From positions 1 through 17,204 of the forward strand of contig JABLTI010000057.1 of the NCBI GenBank assembly GCA_013166835.1: a stretch of 17,204 bases of DNA. Direction: 5' to 3'. This document shows positions 1 through 8,059 of this stretch, piece by piece. A program made the position numbers and the translations under genes. Under the pieces are notes generated by a model, which ran no database searches, was not told where the DNA came from, and worked only from the letters and a program-made list of their open reading frames with translations. Origin of the DNA: Promethearchaeati archaeon. Its GTDB lineage: Archaea; Asgardarchaeota; Heimdallarchaeia; JABLTI01. Positions within the stretch are counted from its first letter, which is position 1, and each line of letters opens with the position of its first letter.

Positions 1-363
1 GGTACGATTAGGATTAATAATTTGACCTCGGAGAGCATTAGCAAAATGAGGGGCTTCATCTTCATGACAAACAATTTCAACTCGTTCTTGTGGAGATTCA
101 GGAGCACTTATTGTAGTCATTTCTTTCATTAATGGAGCCAATCCTGCAGTATGATCATAATGTCTATGTGTGAAAACAATACGTTCAATCTTCTCAAGAT
201 TACACCATTTCTTGCGAATCTTTTTAATGATTATTTTAGAATCTTTCTCGAGACCAGTATCAATGAGAGTTAACATACCATTTTGTTTCTCCAGAACAAA
301 AACTGGAACAGAAAAGAATCCTTTCCCTGTTATGCTAAAAACGTTATCAGCAAGTTGTTTCAT
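1..363 (-). CDS. MBL-fold metallo-hydrolase, N-terminal part (runs off the left edge)
   Basis: Manual translation from ATG at 363: MKQLADNVFSITGKGFFSVPVFVLEKQNGMLTLIDTG...IVFTHRHYDHTAGL..., open to position 1. It has the LIDTG and HxHxDH metallo-beta-lactamase motifs. Not in the supplied ORF track. Confidence 0.88.
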   Translation of the reverse strand, partial: MKQLADNVFSITGKGFFSVPVFVLEKQNGMLTLIDTGLEKDSKIIIKKIRKKWCNLEKIERIVFTHRHYDHTAGLAPLMKEMTTISAPESPQERVEIVCHEDEAPHFANALRGQIINPNRT

Positions 364-428
364 ATAATCATCCAATAAGAAAGAGTATTTACTTACTGAA
401 ATATTTTTTCAAGAGAGAGAATAAGTAT

Positions 429-466
429 AAAAAAAAAGCAAGAAGCTAGGAGTCCGAAAACTCCTA
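429..466 (-). terminator. Hairpin plus U-tract after the substrate-binding protein gene
   Basis: Minus strand reads TAGGAGT-tttcgg-ACTCCTA (7-bp stem, 466-447), followed by gcttcttgc and a T9 run, about 30 nt past the stop codon at 494. Confidence 0.6.
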
Positions 467-493
467 TACTTCAAAGCGGAAAGGGACGAATGA

Positions 494-2272
494 TCATTTT
501 CTTCTCTTTAAGAAGAGAACTTGACTTGCGCCAACAAAAGCTAGTATACTCATGAAAACGATTAAACCGATGCCAGAGACCTCTGTTGTGACTGTGACAT
601 CATAACCTGCTGCAGTCATATGAGCTAGAGCTTGATCAATACTGTAGTCATAAGGTTCTAAAGTTTCATCAAAACCAATGGAGACTTTCGGCCAATGAGT
701 AACACCAGGATAGCCTAAACCATCAAGAATCTCATCAACAATAACTTGTCTTGGAACCATATTACTAATCGCTTTACGAATGTGTTTACCTGATTCTGTA
801 CCTGAAATTGGACAGAGTTCACCAGTACCAATGATTGGATGCATTTGATTAACGGCTAATTCTTGGTTACCTGGCTCAAGAACTTCTGTAGAGTCAATAC
901 TTGCAAGTCCCTGAATATCACCTTGATCTATGTAGAATTCTGAATCAACAAAATCAATGTCACCACCAGCGAGAGCGGAAATAGCTCCTTCTTTATTAGA
1001 ATAGAATTCAAAGTAAATGTCATCGAATTTGGGAGCTGAACCCCAGTAATCATCGAAATAATCATTCACTGTCAAGTGAATTACACCGTTTGTGTCATCC
1101 CAGGAATGAAACTTATATGGACCGAAACCAAAAAGCTTCTCTGGATTGTCTCGTGCCCAAGTGACAGCTTGTTCACCATGATCTGCTGGAGCAGTTGTAT
1201 TCCAAATGTGTGCAGGTATAAGTAGATTGGCTAAATTACCTTCTTGAAACACGTAAGGTTGCAAGAAATTGATAGTAAAGTCATCATCATCGATTTTTAC
1301 CACTGAACTATTATCCCAATAGAATGTATTGTAGGAATAAAGAGTGTGTCCCAAGCTAGCAGTAACAGCTAATTGATAATTATAGATTACATCTTCAACA
1401 GTCACTGGAACTCCATCTGCCCAATAAAGATTTGGTCTAAGTTGACAGTTATAGGTCAATCCATCTGTACTGGTATATGCTTGAAGAGCACGACCAGAGT
1501 AGGTATTATCTGAAGGATCGCGTTCAGCTAAACCATTCCAAATCTGATGTGTCCACTGAGCATCATATGTAGATTCCACTGTCCATACATGGAAATCTTC
1601 AAAATCAGCAGGAACAGCAAAGTGTAGTTCAGATTCACCAGGGATTTCCCAATCTTCCATAGGTTGTTGTGAGGAACCCCATAATAGTGGATCCCAACCA
1701 GTTAGTCCTGGAGTATGAGCGTAAAGAGAAATCTTATAGATTATAGCAATACTTGGTTGATCTTCATAAAGCATTTCTTGTATTTCTTCAGCATATTGTA
1801 TTCTGTCTGCATAGACAAAAGATTGTGTATAATTACTAACAGCCCAATCAAACTCTACATTAGAGTATTGGTAAAAATTATCACCAGCAGGTGTTAACCC
1901 ATCTGTTGTAAATACACCAGTTGGATCAAAATCTAATCCCCAACCGTTTCCAATAAAGAATAAATCATATCCACCTTCGTCGTATGATGGTATTGGATAA
2001 GGTCCTGGGTGTCCCCATGTTCTTGGGGATATTTGAGCCCAACCTGTGTGGTCAAAAACATCTATATTAATTCCAATCTTTGGCAATTGTTCTACCATCA
2101 ATGTTGACCATTGATTTCGTGCCGGATTAGAATTTGGCGCTAATATACTTACTGAGAAAAATGGTCCCGGATTTTTAGCTTCTACTGGTGTCGCTACATA
2201 AGGTATCACCATTACGCTAAAGATGATTATCATTGGAAGAACCAGTCTTCTCGCATTTGTTCTTAGTTTCAA
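494..2272 (-). CDS. ABC transporter substrate-binding protein, family 5 (OppA/DppA-like), C-terminally membrane anchored, circularly permuted domain order
   Basis: Signal peptide; family-5 motifs DGLTYNCQLRPNLYWADGVPVTVEDV, GFGPYKF, HIRKAIS, LPKIGINI, NFYQYSNVEFD and IQEMLYEDQPSI; C-terminal TM helix plus KRRK; TTG start with GAGG RBS. Confidence 0.9.
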   Translation of the reverse strand: MKLRTNARRLVLPMIIIFSVMVIPYVATPVEAKNPGPFFSVSILAPNSNPARNQWSTLMVEQLPKIGINIDVFDHTGWAQISPRTWGHPGPYPIPSYDEGGYDLFFIGNGWGLDFDPTGVFTTDGLTPAGDNFYQYSNVEFDWAVSNYTQSFVYADRIQYAEEIQEMLYEDQPSIAIIYKISLYAHTPGLTGWDPLLWGSSQQPMEDWEIPGESELHFAVPADFEDFHVWTVESTYDAQWTHQIWNGLAERDPSDNTYSGRALQAYTSTDGLTYNCQLRPNLYWADGVPVTVEDVIYNYQLAVTASLGHTLYSYNTFYWDNSSVVKIDDDDFTINFLQPYVFQEGNLANLLIPAHIWNTTAPADHGEQAVTWARDNPEKLFGFGPYKFHSWDDTNGVIHLTVNDYFDDYWGSAPKFDDIYFEFYSNKEGAISALAGGDIDFVDSEFYIDQGDIQGLASIDSTEVLEPGNQELAVNQMHPIIGTGELCPISGTESGKHIRKAISNMVPRQVIVDEILDGLGYPGVTHWPKVSIGFDETLEPYDYSIDQALAHMTAAGYDVTVTTEVSGIGLIVFMSILAFVGASQVLFLKRRK

Positions 2273-2298
2273 TTTTTTTTGCCTCTTGATCTATTATT

Positions 2299-2318
2299 AA
2301 CACACCGGGGAGTGTGTT
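2299..2318 (-). other. Stem-loop in the predicted 5' leader of the substrate-binding protein gene
   Basis: AACACAC-N6-GTGTGTT perfect 7-bp inverted repeat lying between the TATA box (2351-2346) and the RBS. Confidence 0.5.
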
Positions 2319-2331
2319 GTTGTCTATTACA

Positions 2332-2416
2332 TTCTCAATTAGGAGTTATAAGTATTCTCACTATTATGAGAATGAGTTCTATATATATATTAAATTAGTT
2401 CTTGAGTGGTTGAGAA
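2332..2416 (-). promoter_or_regulatory. Promoter and operator array of the substrate-binding protein gene
   Basis: Palindrome ATTCTCA-ctatta-TGAGAAT at 2354-2373. On the minus strand it is followed after 3 nt by TTATAA and then by another TGAGAA half-site (2337-2332). Half-sites start at 2332, 2355, 2377 and 2399. A second, degenerate palindrome TTCTTG-N6-TGAGAA is at 2399-2416. Confidence 0.75.
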
Positions 2417-2538
2417 TTTAATATTGCTTGACTAATAAACCATATTTGAATGTTTAAGGGAAAATGGGGAAGAATTAATTAGAATCCAATTTATGATCAA
2501 TCTTTTTCTAAAACTTTTTTTCTGAAATTGCGAGTAGA

Positions 2539-2573
2539 TTATTTTATAAATTCAGAAAACAATTAAACAGTAA
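2539..2573 (+). repeat. Duplicated promoter segment, copy 1 (TATA-containing)
   Basis: ttattttataaattcagaaaacaattaaacagtaa is identical to 3121-3155. Both copies are followed by attagaggtta (RBS) and a TTG start. Confidence 0.9.
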
Positions 2574-2595
2574 AACAAGATTAGAGGTTATTATA

Positions 2596-3033
2596 TTGAC
2601 TACAACTATTCGTGTACCTCAGAGTTATGCATCACATCATAGTCGTACTGTTGCTCTTCTCCTTTGTTTATTTCTTGGAGGATTTGGGGCTCATCGTTTC
2701 TATGTAGGGAAATCTGGATCCGCTGTTCTTATGCTGATATTATCATTGTGTGGAGTTGGATGGATTTGGTCTTTGATCGACTTAATTATGATTTTAACTG
2801 GATCTTTCACAGATCACTATGGTAGATATGTTACATCTTGGGATGGTGGACCACAACAATCTACTCCAGTTGTTTCTGTAACAACTCGTCCACCACCACA
2901 GCAAGCACCCACACACCCAGTACCACCCCCTCCACAAAAACAAGCAGATGAGATGTTTTGCAATTCATGTGGTGCAATAGCTAAAAAAGATGAAACTTTT
3001 TGTAGGAATTGTGGAGCAGCTTTGCAACACTAG
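2596..3033 (+). CDS. TM2-domain membrane protein with proline-rich linker and C-terminal zinc ribbon, copy 1
   Basis: TM2 signature ALLLCLFLGGFGAHRFYVGK...WSLIDLIMIL; PPP-rich linker; CNSC...CRNC zinc ribbon. Confidence 0.9.
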   Translation: MTTTIRVPQSYASHHSRTVALLLCLFLGGFGAHRFYVGKSGSAVLMLILSLCGVGWIWSLIDLIMILTGSFTDHYGRYVTSWDGGPQQSTPVVSVTTRPPPQQAPTHPVPPPPQKQADEMFCNSCGAIAKKDETFCRNCGAALQH

Positions 3034-3042
3034 AAATATCTC

Positions 3043-3068
3043 TTTTTTTTATTCTTTTTCTTTTTTTT
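3043..3068 (+). terminator. Archaeal-type T-tract terminator
   Basis: Several T5-T8 runs immediately after the stop codon at 3033. Confidence 0.55.
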
Positions 3069-3120
3069 ATTTATTTAACACTATTGTAGATCTATTTTCT
3101 CAAATGTTATATTTGACAGT

Positions 3121-3155
3121 TTATTTTATAAATTCAGAAAACAATTAAACAGTAA
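3121..3155 (+). repeat. Duplicated promoter segment, copy 2
   Basis: 35-bp exact match to 2539-2573. Confidence 0.9.
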
Positions 3156-3175
3156 CAAAATTAGAGGTTATTTAA

Positions 3176-3604
3176 TTGGCAACAACTGTTCATATACAAC
3201 AAAGTAGAGTTTCACATCATAGCCGTACTGTTGCTCTTCTCCTTTGTTTATTTCTTGGAGGATTTGGGGCTCATCGTTTCTATGTAGGTAAGTCTGGATC
3301 CGCGGTTTTTATGTTACTATTGTCGCTCTGTGGATTTGGTTTAATTTGGTGGATAATTGATTTAATTATGATTTTAGCTGGATCGTTCACAGATGACTTT
3401 GGGAGATATGTTTCATCTTGGGATGGTGGACCTCAACAATCTACTCCAGTTGTTTCTGTAACAACTCATCCCCCAGTACAACGAGCACCTCCTCCCCCAC
3501 CCCCACAAAAACAATCTGATGAGATGTTTTGCAATACATGTGGTGGTCTCTGTAAAAAAGCTGAAACATTCTGTCGTAATTGTGGTGCAGCACTCCAACA
3601 TTAA
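3176..3604 (+). CDS. TM2-domain membrane protein with proline-rich linker and C-terminal zinc ribbon, copy 2
   Basis: Close paralog of 2596..3033: same TM2 motif, APPPPPPQ linker, CNTC...CRNC. Confidence 0.9.
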   Translation: MATTVHIQQSRVSHHSRTVALLLCLFLGGFGAHRFYVGKSGSAVFMLLLSLCGFGLIWWIIDLIMILAGSFTDDFGRYVSSWDGGPQQSTPVVSVTTHPPVQRAPPPPPPQKQSDEMFCNTCGGLCKKAETFCRNCGAALQH

Positions 3605-3702
3605 AACCACAAATTACTTCTTTTTTTTTATTCAATTAGAATATAATATAAATCATGATACTAGTTGTTCTTTATAGTTAAAATTCCGATGGTGAGTTAT
3701 AA

Positions 3703-4770
3703 TTGAAAGTTAAATTTCTGGGATTCATTTCAATAATTTTTGGGATTATGTTTTTCTTACAACCTCTTTGTTTATCTGTTGCACAAACATCTACTGAACA
3801 TGATAATTTGTTTACAAATGCTGATGCTATTATAGCAGATCACACGATAGTTAATCGAGTAATGTATGATTTAGTTCCAGAATCAGCTATAAATCACTCT
3901 AAGGAAATTCTACATATTGCATATGGTCACACATCTCACGGCAGTCAAATCATTACTGGTATGAATGATCTCCCAGCTTTCAAGGAAGGCAACGGTGGTT
4001 CTGTTGATCTATATGATTGGAATGAAGGAGGAACTGGAGGAGCTCTCGATATTGATGATGGTTTTGTAGGTGGAGATTTAGGTAATCCTGATAGAACGAC
4101 TTGGGCTTTACTAACAGAAGGTTATCTTGATAATGCGGCTAATTCTGATGTTAATGTTGTTATGTGGTCTTGGTGTGGTCAGGCTTCTAGTGCTACTGAA
4201 GAAGATATCAATACTTATACTTCATTGATGAATGACTTAGAAAATGATTATCCCAGTATCCAATTTGTGTATATGACAGGTCATGTTGATGGTTCTGGTT
4301 TAGAAGGCAACCTCCATATTCGTAATGAACAAATCCGAGAGTATTGTCAAACTAACAGTAAAATTCTCTTTGATTTTGCAGATATTGAATCGTACGATCC
4401 TCATGGCAATTATTTTGGTGACAAGTATTGCACAGATAATTGTGATTATGATTCAAACAACGATACGAATCCCACAAATGATGGCACAAATTGGGCAATC
4501 GAATGGCAAGATGCTCATCCTGGGGATTGGTATACTTGCTCTTCCGCTCATAGTCAACCATTAAATGCAAATATGAAAGCTTATGCAGCTTGGTGGTTAT
4601 GGGCTACTTTAGCAGGATGGGTTGATCCAGATACAACTCCTACTACTCCTGGTTATACTCTAACAAATACCTCTGGTTTATCTTTAGGGTTGGCTTTTAG
4701 TATGATGTTAACATCAATAATCATCTTTATTGTAGTTAGAACAAGTTATCGCAAAAACAGAGTTTACTGA
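3703..4770 (+). CDS. Secreted, C-terminally anchored conserved hypothetical protein, possibly an SGNH-like hydrolase
   Basis: Signal peptide; motifs IAYGHTSHGSQ, WSWCGQ, YMTGH, DFADIES and AHSQPLN; Thr/Pro linker, TM helix and basic tail; GGTGA RBS with TTG start. The hydrolase assignment is tentative. Confidence 0.7.
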   Translation: MKVKFLGFISIIFGIMFFLQPLCLSVAQTSTEHDNLFTNADAIIADHTIVNRVMYDLVPESAINHSKEILHIAYGHTSHGSQIITGMNDLPAFKEGNGGSVDLYDWNEGGTGGALDIDDGFVGGDLGNPDRTTWALLTEGYLDNAANSDVNVVMWSWCGQASSATEEDINTYTSLMNDLENDYPSIQFVYMTGHVDGSGLEGNLHIRNEQIREYCQTNSKILFDFADIESYDPHGNYFGDKYCTDNCDYDSNNDTNPTNDGTNWAIEWQDAHPGDWYTCSSAHSQPLNANMKAYAAWWLWATLAGWVDPDTTPTTPGYTLTNTSGLSLGLAFSMMLTSIIIFIVVRTSYRKNRVY

Positions 4771-4920
4771 TTGTAAGTTCATTTTAGAACGATACAACTA
4801 CTTTCAATTAGATTTGTTCGTTATCCTTTCAGAAAGAGTCACGTTTCATCTTGAATTTTGCAATTTTTCTTTGAGCTAATTTTAGAAAAATTTTTATGTG
4901 TTTTTATCAATTAACATTCG

Positions 4921-6099
4921 GTGGTTAAACGAGTGACTCCTATTAATGAAAATAGTGTTGAAGTAGATAAAGAGGTAATTTTAGAAGAAGATTTATCGAT
5001 TAAATCTGGAGAGACTTTAGACCCAACAGTAATGCAAAAGGAATCCAAATTAGGTTTTTTTGAAAAATTACTTGCAGTATGGGTAGCACTCTGTATGGGT
5101 ATTGGTATTTTGGTATCTATTTATTTGCCAAAATTTGGTGAAACAATAAACAATTGGAATTTATTTGAAACGTGGAGAGGTGGTATAGGCATCAATATAC
5201 CTATTGGTATTTGTTTGTTTTTTATGATGTATCCAGCTATGTTGAATCTTCAATTCAAAGAATTAAAAAAACTCGGTAGAAACCCATTGCCAATAATATT
5301 AACACTTTTTTCTAATTGGATAATAGCTCCATTAGTTGCAGCTGGTTTAGCCTATCTAATTCTTCCAGGAAACTCTGATTTAATTATTGCAGTCATCTTG
5401 TTAGGATCAAGTCCCTGTACTGCCATGGTCTTGGTTTGGGGATCACTTGCTAAAGGTAATCAAGAACAAAATGTGATAAATACAAGTATTAATACTGTAT
5501 CAATTATGTTTCTTTACGTTCCTATTGTCTCATTATTGACTGGAATAGGAAATTTGAGCATCGATAGATTAATACTATTCATCACAGTAACCATCTTTAT
5601 TGGTGCCCCATTAGTTCTTGGACTTTTAAGTAAAGTTCTATTAGTGAAAGCAAAAGGTAAAGAATGGTTTGATACAAAATATCGTCCAGTTGTTGGTAAA
5701 ATTTCTATAGTTGCACTTCTTAGCACGCTGATTATTCTCTTTTCAATCAATGGTAGTAAACTGATTGAATATCCGTTGGAATTACTAAAAGTTTCTGCAC
5801 CACTGCTTATTGGATTCGTCATTGTTGTTGGATTTAATCTTTTAATTACAAAATTATTCCGACTTCAATATCGTGAAGCAATTATTACAACGATCATTGG
5901 CAGTTCGAGTCATTTCGAAATAGCCATAGCAACAGCTCTTGGTATTAGTGCATTAGCTGCTCTTGGTACAACAATGGGGCTTTTCTGGGAAGTACCGATT
6001 ATGCTTGGATTAGTTTATCTTGGAAGATTCCTAAATAAGAAAGGATTTTGGAAAGGAAGAAAGAAGGAAGAAATATTAGTTTCCAATCAAAAAACATAA
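4921..6099 (+). CDS. acr3: Acr3-family arsenite/antimonite efflux transporter
   Basis: About 10 TM segments with Acr3 motifs MMYPAM, NWIIAPL, PCTAMVLVW (conserved Cys) and SSHFEIAIA. Confidence 0.9.
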   Translation: MVKRVTPINENSVEVDKEVILEEDLSIKSGETLDPTVMQKESKLGFFEKLLAVWVALCMGIGILVSIYLPKFGETINNWNLFETWRGGIGINIPIGICLFFMMYPAMLNLQFKELKKLGRNPLPIILTLFSNWIIAPLVAAGLAYLILPGNSDLIIAVILLGSSPCTAMVLVWGSLAKGNQEQNVINTSINTVSIMFLYVPIVSLLTGIGNLSIDRLILFITVTIFIGAPLVLGLLSKVLLVKAKGKEWFDTKYRPVVGKISIVALLSTLIILFSINGSKLIEYPLELLKVSAPLLIGFVIVVGFNLLITKLFRLQYREAIITTIIGSSSHFEIAIATALGISALAALGTTMGLFWEVPIMLGLVYLGRFLNKKGFWKGRKKEEILVSNQKT

Positions 6100-6253
6100 G
6101 AAATTGCAGATACTTAACAGGTAGATTTACTCTACATGATCTTTTTTCTTTTATTAAACTAAGAAGAAATAGTTCAAACAGCTACTAGAAATTCATCTAA
6201 AAAATGAAAATATAAAGTTTAAATCTCTTGATCTAAACTTATCATCATTTGTT

Positions 6254-6880
6254 TTAACCATTATAACAATCTTTTATGACATCTTGAATGTCATATTTCA
6301 AACACAATGCAATCCAACCAACAAATTCTTTTACAGCGCTTATTCCTTTCCAATCTAGATCTGCGAATTGCTCTAGTACTTCAGGTTCAGCATGTTCTAG
6401 TAACTCAACAAATAACAGATGCTTTTCGATATCGAATCTATTTGCGATTTCTGTGAAACAAATTCCACAACCTCTTTTCTTATCAAAAATACTGCTTAGG
6501 ATCAACTTAGCTACTTCAAATTCAGCTCGTATTTCACCATCTTCGAATTTCTTTGGTTTTTTTGTAATAAAGACCTTTGCTGCTCGAGAATAAATTGTCT
6601 CGCTAATTAGAATCCCTTCATCTACAGAGGTAATTCGTTTACCTGCTTTGGCAATTAATCCAAGTTTAAGCAATTTGCTTAAATAGCGATATAAGGTTTT
6701 TTCTGATTTTTCTTTACCATGCTTCTCGAAGGCTTCTTTAATATCTGTTATTGTTAGTGGACCTTTTGCTAAAATCTTCAATACCCATGCTAAGTTTTCA
6801 TCACTGAAAGACATTGATTGTTTATCATTTAGTATGAGAATTGCTTTTTGTTTGTATGTTATTGCTTGTTGTTTTAGCAT
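6254..6880 (-). CDS. Winged helix-turn-helix (ArsR-like) transcriptional regulator 1 with helical C-terminal domain
   Basis: VLKILAKGPLTITDIKEAF...KSEKTLYRYLSKLLKLGLIAKAG wHTH pattern; AGGTGA RBS; paralog of 7344..7988; contains CGIC. Confidence 0.85.
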   Translation of the reverse strand: MLKQQAITYKQKAILILNDKQSMSFSDENLAWVLKILAKGPLTITDIKEAFEKHGKEKSEKTLYRYLSKLLKLGLIAKAGKRITSVDEGILISETIYSRAAKVFITKKPKKFEDGEIRAEFEVAKLILSSIFDKKRGCGICFTEIANRFDIEKHLLFVELLEHAEPEVLEQFADLDWKGISAVKEFVGWIALCLKYDIQDVIKDCYNG

Positions 6881-6904
6881 TTTTCAATCACCTACCGATT
6901 TATT

Positions 6905-7011
6905 TTCTTATTTTAATTACAATTTATTCTTAATCCTATGATATATTGGGTCTCAAACATTTAAAAACCTTTTCTCACATCTGTGAGAATCTTTATATAT
7001 CATTCTGAGAA
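6905..7011. promoter_or_regulatory. Divergent promoters with operator array, module 1
   Basis: Palindrome TTCTCAC-atct-GTGAGAA at 6972-6989, TATA box TTATATAT at 6993-7000, TGAGAA at 7006-7011. Further half-sites: TTCTTA 6905, TTCTTA 6927, GTCTCA 6950. Minus-strand TTTAAAT between 6950 and 6972 is a candidate TATA box for regulator 1. Confidence 0.8.
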
Positions 7012-7051
7012 TAATATCCTACACGAAAGATGCACTTGGGGTGTGTATTTA

Positions 7052-7084
7052 TCCTGATAGAATCAAGTATTGAGGATATCAGGA
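7052..7084 (+). other. RBS-overlapping hairpin in the leader of peptide A
   Basis: TCCTGATA-gaa-TCAA-gta-TTGA-gga-TATCAGGA. The 3' arm includes the first bases of the AGGAGGTGA RBS. Confidence 0.55.
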
Positions 7085-7094
7085 GGTGAAAAAA

Positions 7095-7181
7095 TTGAGA
7101 CATGACAAAAAGATCAAACAAATAATCAAGAAAGAAAAAGAAAGAGCAAGAATAAAATTTGCACTCTATACTGGAAGATAA
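7095..7181 (+). CDS. Small peptide A, 28 aa: MRHDKKIKQIIKKEKERARIKFALYTGR
   Basis: Strong RBS AGGAGGTGA 5 nt before TTG; upstream TATA box; same length and C-terminus as peptide D (8460..8546). Confidence 0.8.
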   Translation: MRHDKKIKQIIKKEKERARIKFALYTGR

Positions 7182-7215
7182 ATAACGATAAAACAAAGAG
7201 GAGTTGTTATTTATC
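7177..7215 (+). terminator. Stem-loop overlapping the peptide A stop codon (terminator or 3' stabiliser)
   Basis: GATAAATAAC (7177-7186) and GTTATTTATC (7206-7215) form a perfect 10-bp inverted repeat, extendable with G-U pairs. Confidence 0.5.
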
Positions 7216-7343
7216 GCCCATCTTTATCTATTAATGGTTTTAATGAAATCTTTTGGACGAAAAATTCTTCTCAAAAAACCGATTTTTATAATGTAAGATT
7301 AACTCAACCTTAATAGCTATAAGAAAAGAAGTGGGAAAAGGAC

Positions 7344-7988
7344 TTATTTTACGAAAATTTGCTCAAGATCTCTAGCTATATCTTGTTCGGGGATTATTGC
7401 TAACCAACCAATATATTGCAAGAGAAAATTGATACCCTGATAGTCAAGTTGAGCTACTTTCTCAAGTGTTTCATCTTTAGCATTCTCGAATAAATTAACG
7501 ACTAATTCATCTCGATCCTTATCCAGCTTATTAGCGAATTTAACAAATTCCTTCTCCGAAGCATTTTTCCCAAAATACTCGCTTAGAAGTAGTCTCGTTG
7601 CTTCCCAGACGGAATTGGCTCCTTTTTTATCAGATCCTGGTTCAGTAACAGGTGCAACAGTAATAAAGGCTATCGCAGAGCGTGTATAAATTGTTTCAGA
7701 AGTAAGATTGTCTGATGTTTTTGAGGTTATCCTTTTTCCTGCTTTAGCCACAAGTTTTACTTCTAGTAATTTGTGTAAATATCTGTAGATCGATTTATCA
7801 GATTTCTCGATGCCAATTTTCCTAAAGGATTCTTCCAAATCCCCGATGGTCATTGGTTCTTTTCTTAGAAATTTCAAAACATATCCTAGATTTTCATCCT
7901 TAAAAAGATCGAGAGTTTCTTTGTCTCGGATAATAATTACTGGTTTTTGTTTAAAAGTAATAACATTCTTGGGATCTGTAACTGCCAT
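7344..7988 (-). CDS. Winged helix-turn-helix (ArsR-like) transcriptional regulator 2
   Basis: VLKFLRKEPMTIGDLEESF...KSDKSIYRYLHKLLEVKLVAKAGKRITS. Shares IT[FY]KQK, DENL, AKAGKRITS, SETIY and GW[IL]A with regulator 1; AGGAG RBS. Confidence 0.85.
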   Translation of the reverse strand: MAVTDPKNVITFKQKPVIIIRDKETLDLFKDENLGYVLKFLRKEPMTIGDLEESFRKIGIEKSDKSIYRYLHKLLEVKLVAKAGKRITSKTSDNLTSETIYTRSAIAFITVAPVTEPGSDKKGANSVWEATRLLLSEYFGKNASEKEFVKFANKLDKDRDELVVNLFENAKDETLEKVAQLDYQGINFLLQYIGWLAIIPEQDIARDLEQIFVK

Positions 7989-8059
7989 TTGTTTTGTCTC
8001 CTTCTCTTAAAGAGATATTTTACTAATAATATAAAATCTTAATCAGTCTAATTGTTAGT

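Noticed and set aside
170-367. 65-aa plus-strand ORF from the track
   Set aside because: Antisense to the MBL-fold gene, which has clear catalytic motifs.
7030-7089. 19-aa possible leaderless uORF MHLGCVFILIESSIEDIRR ending within the peptide A RBS
   Set aside because: No counterpart in module 2, and the sequence is explained by the hairpin. Not excluded: if translated it could unfold the hairpin.
6993-7196. 67-aa minus-strand Phe-rich ORF
   Set aside because: Antisense shadow of the A-rich peptide A gene; runs into the TATA/operator block; no recognisable motif.
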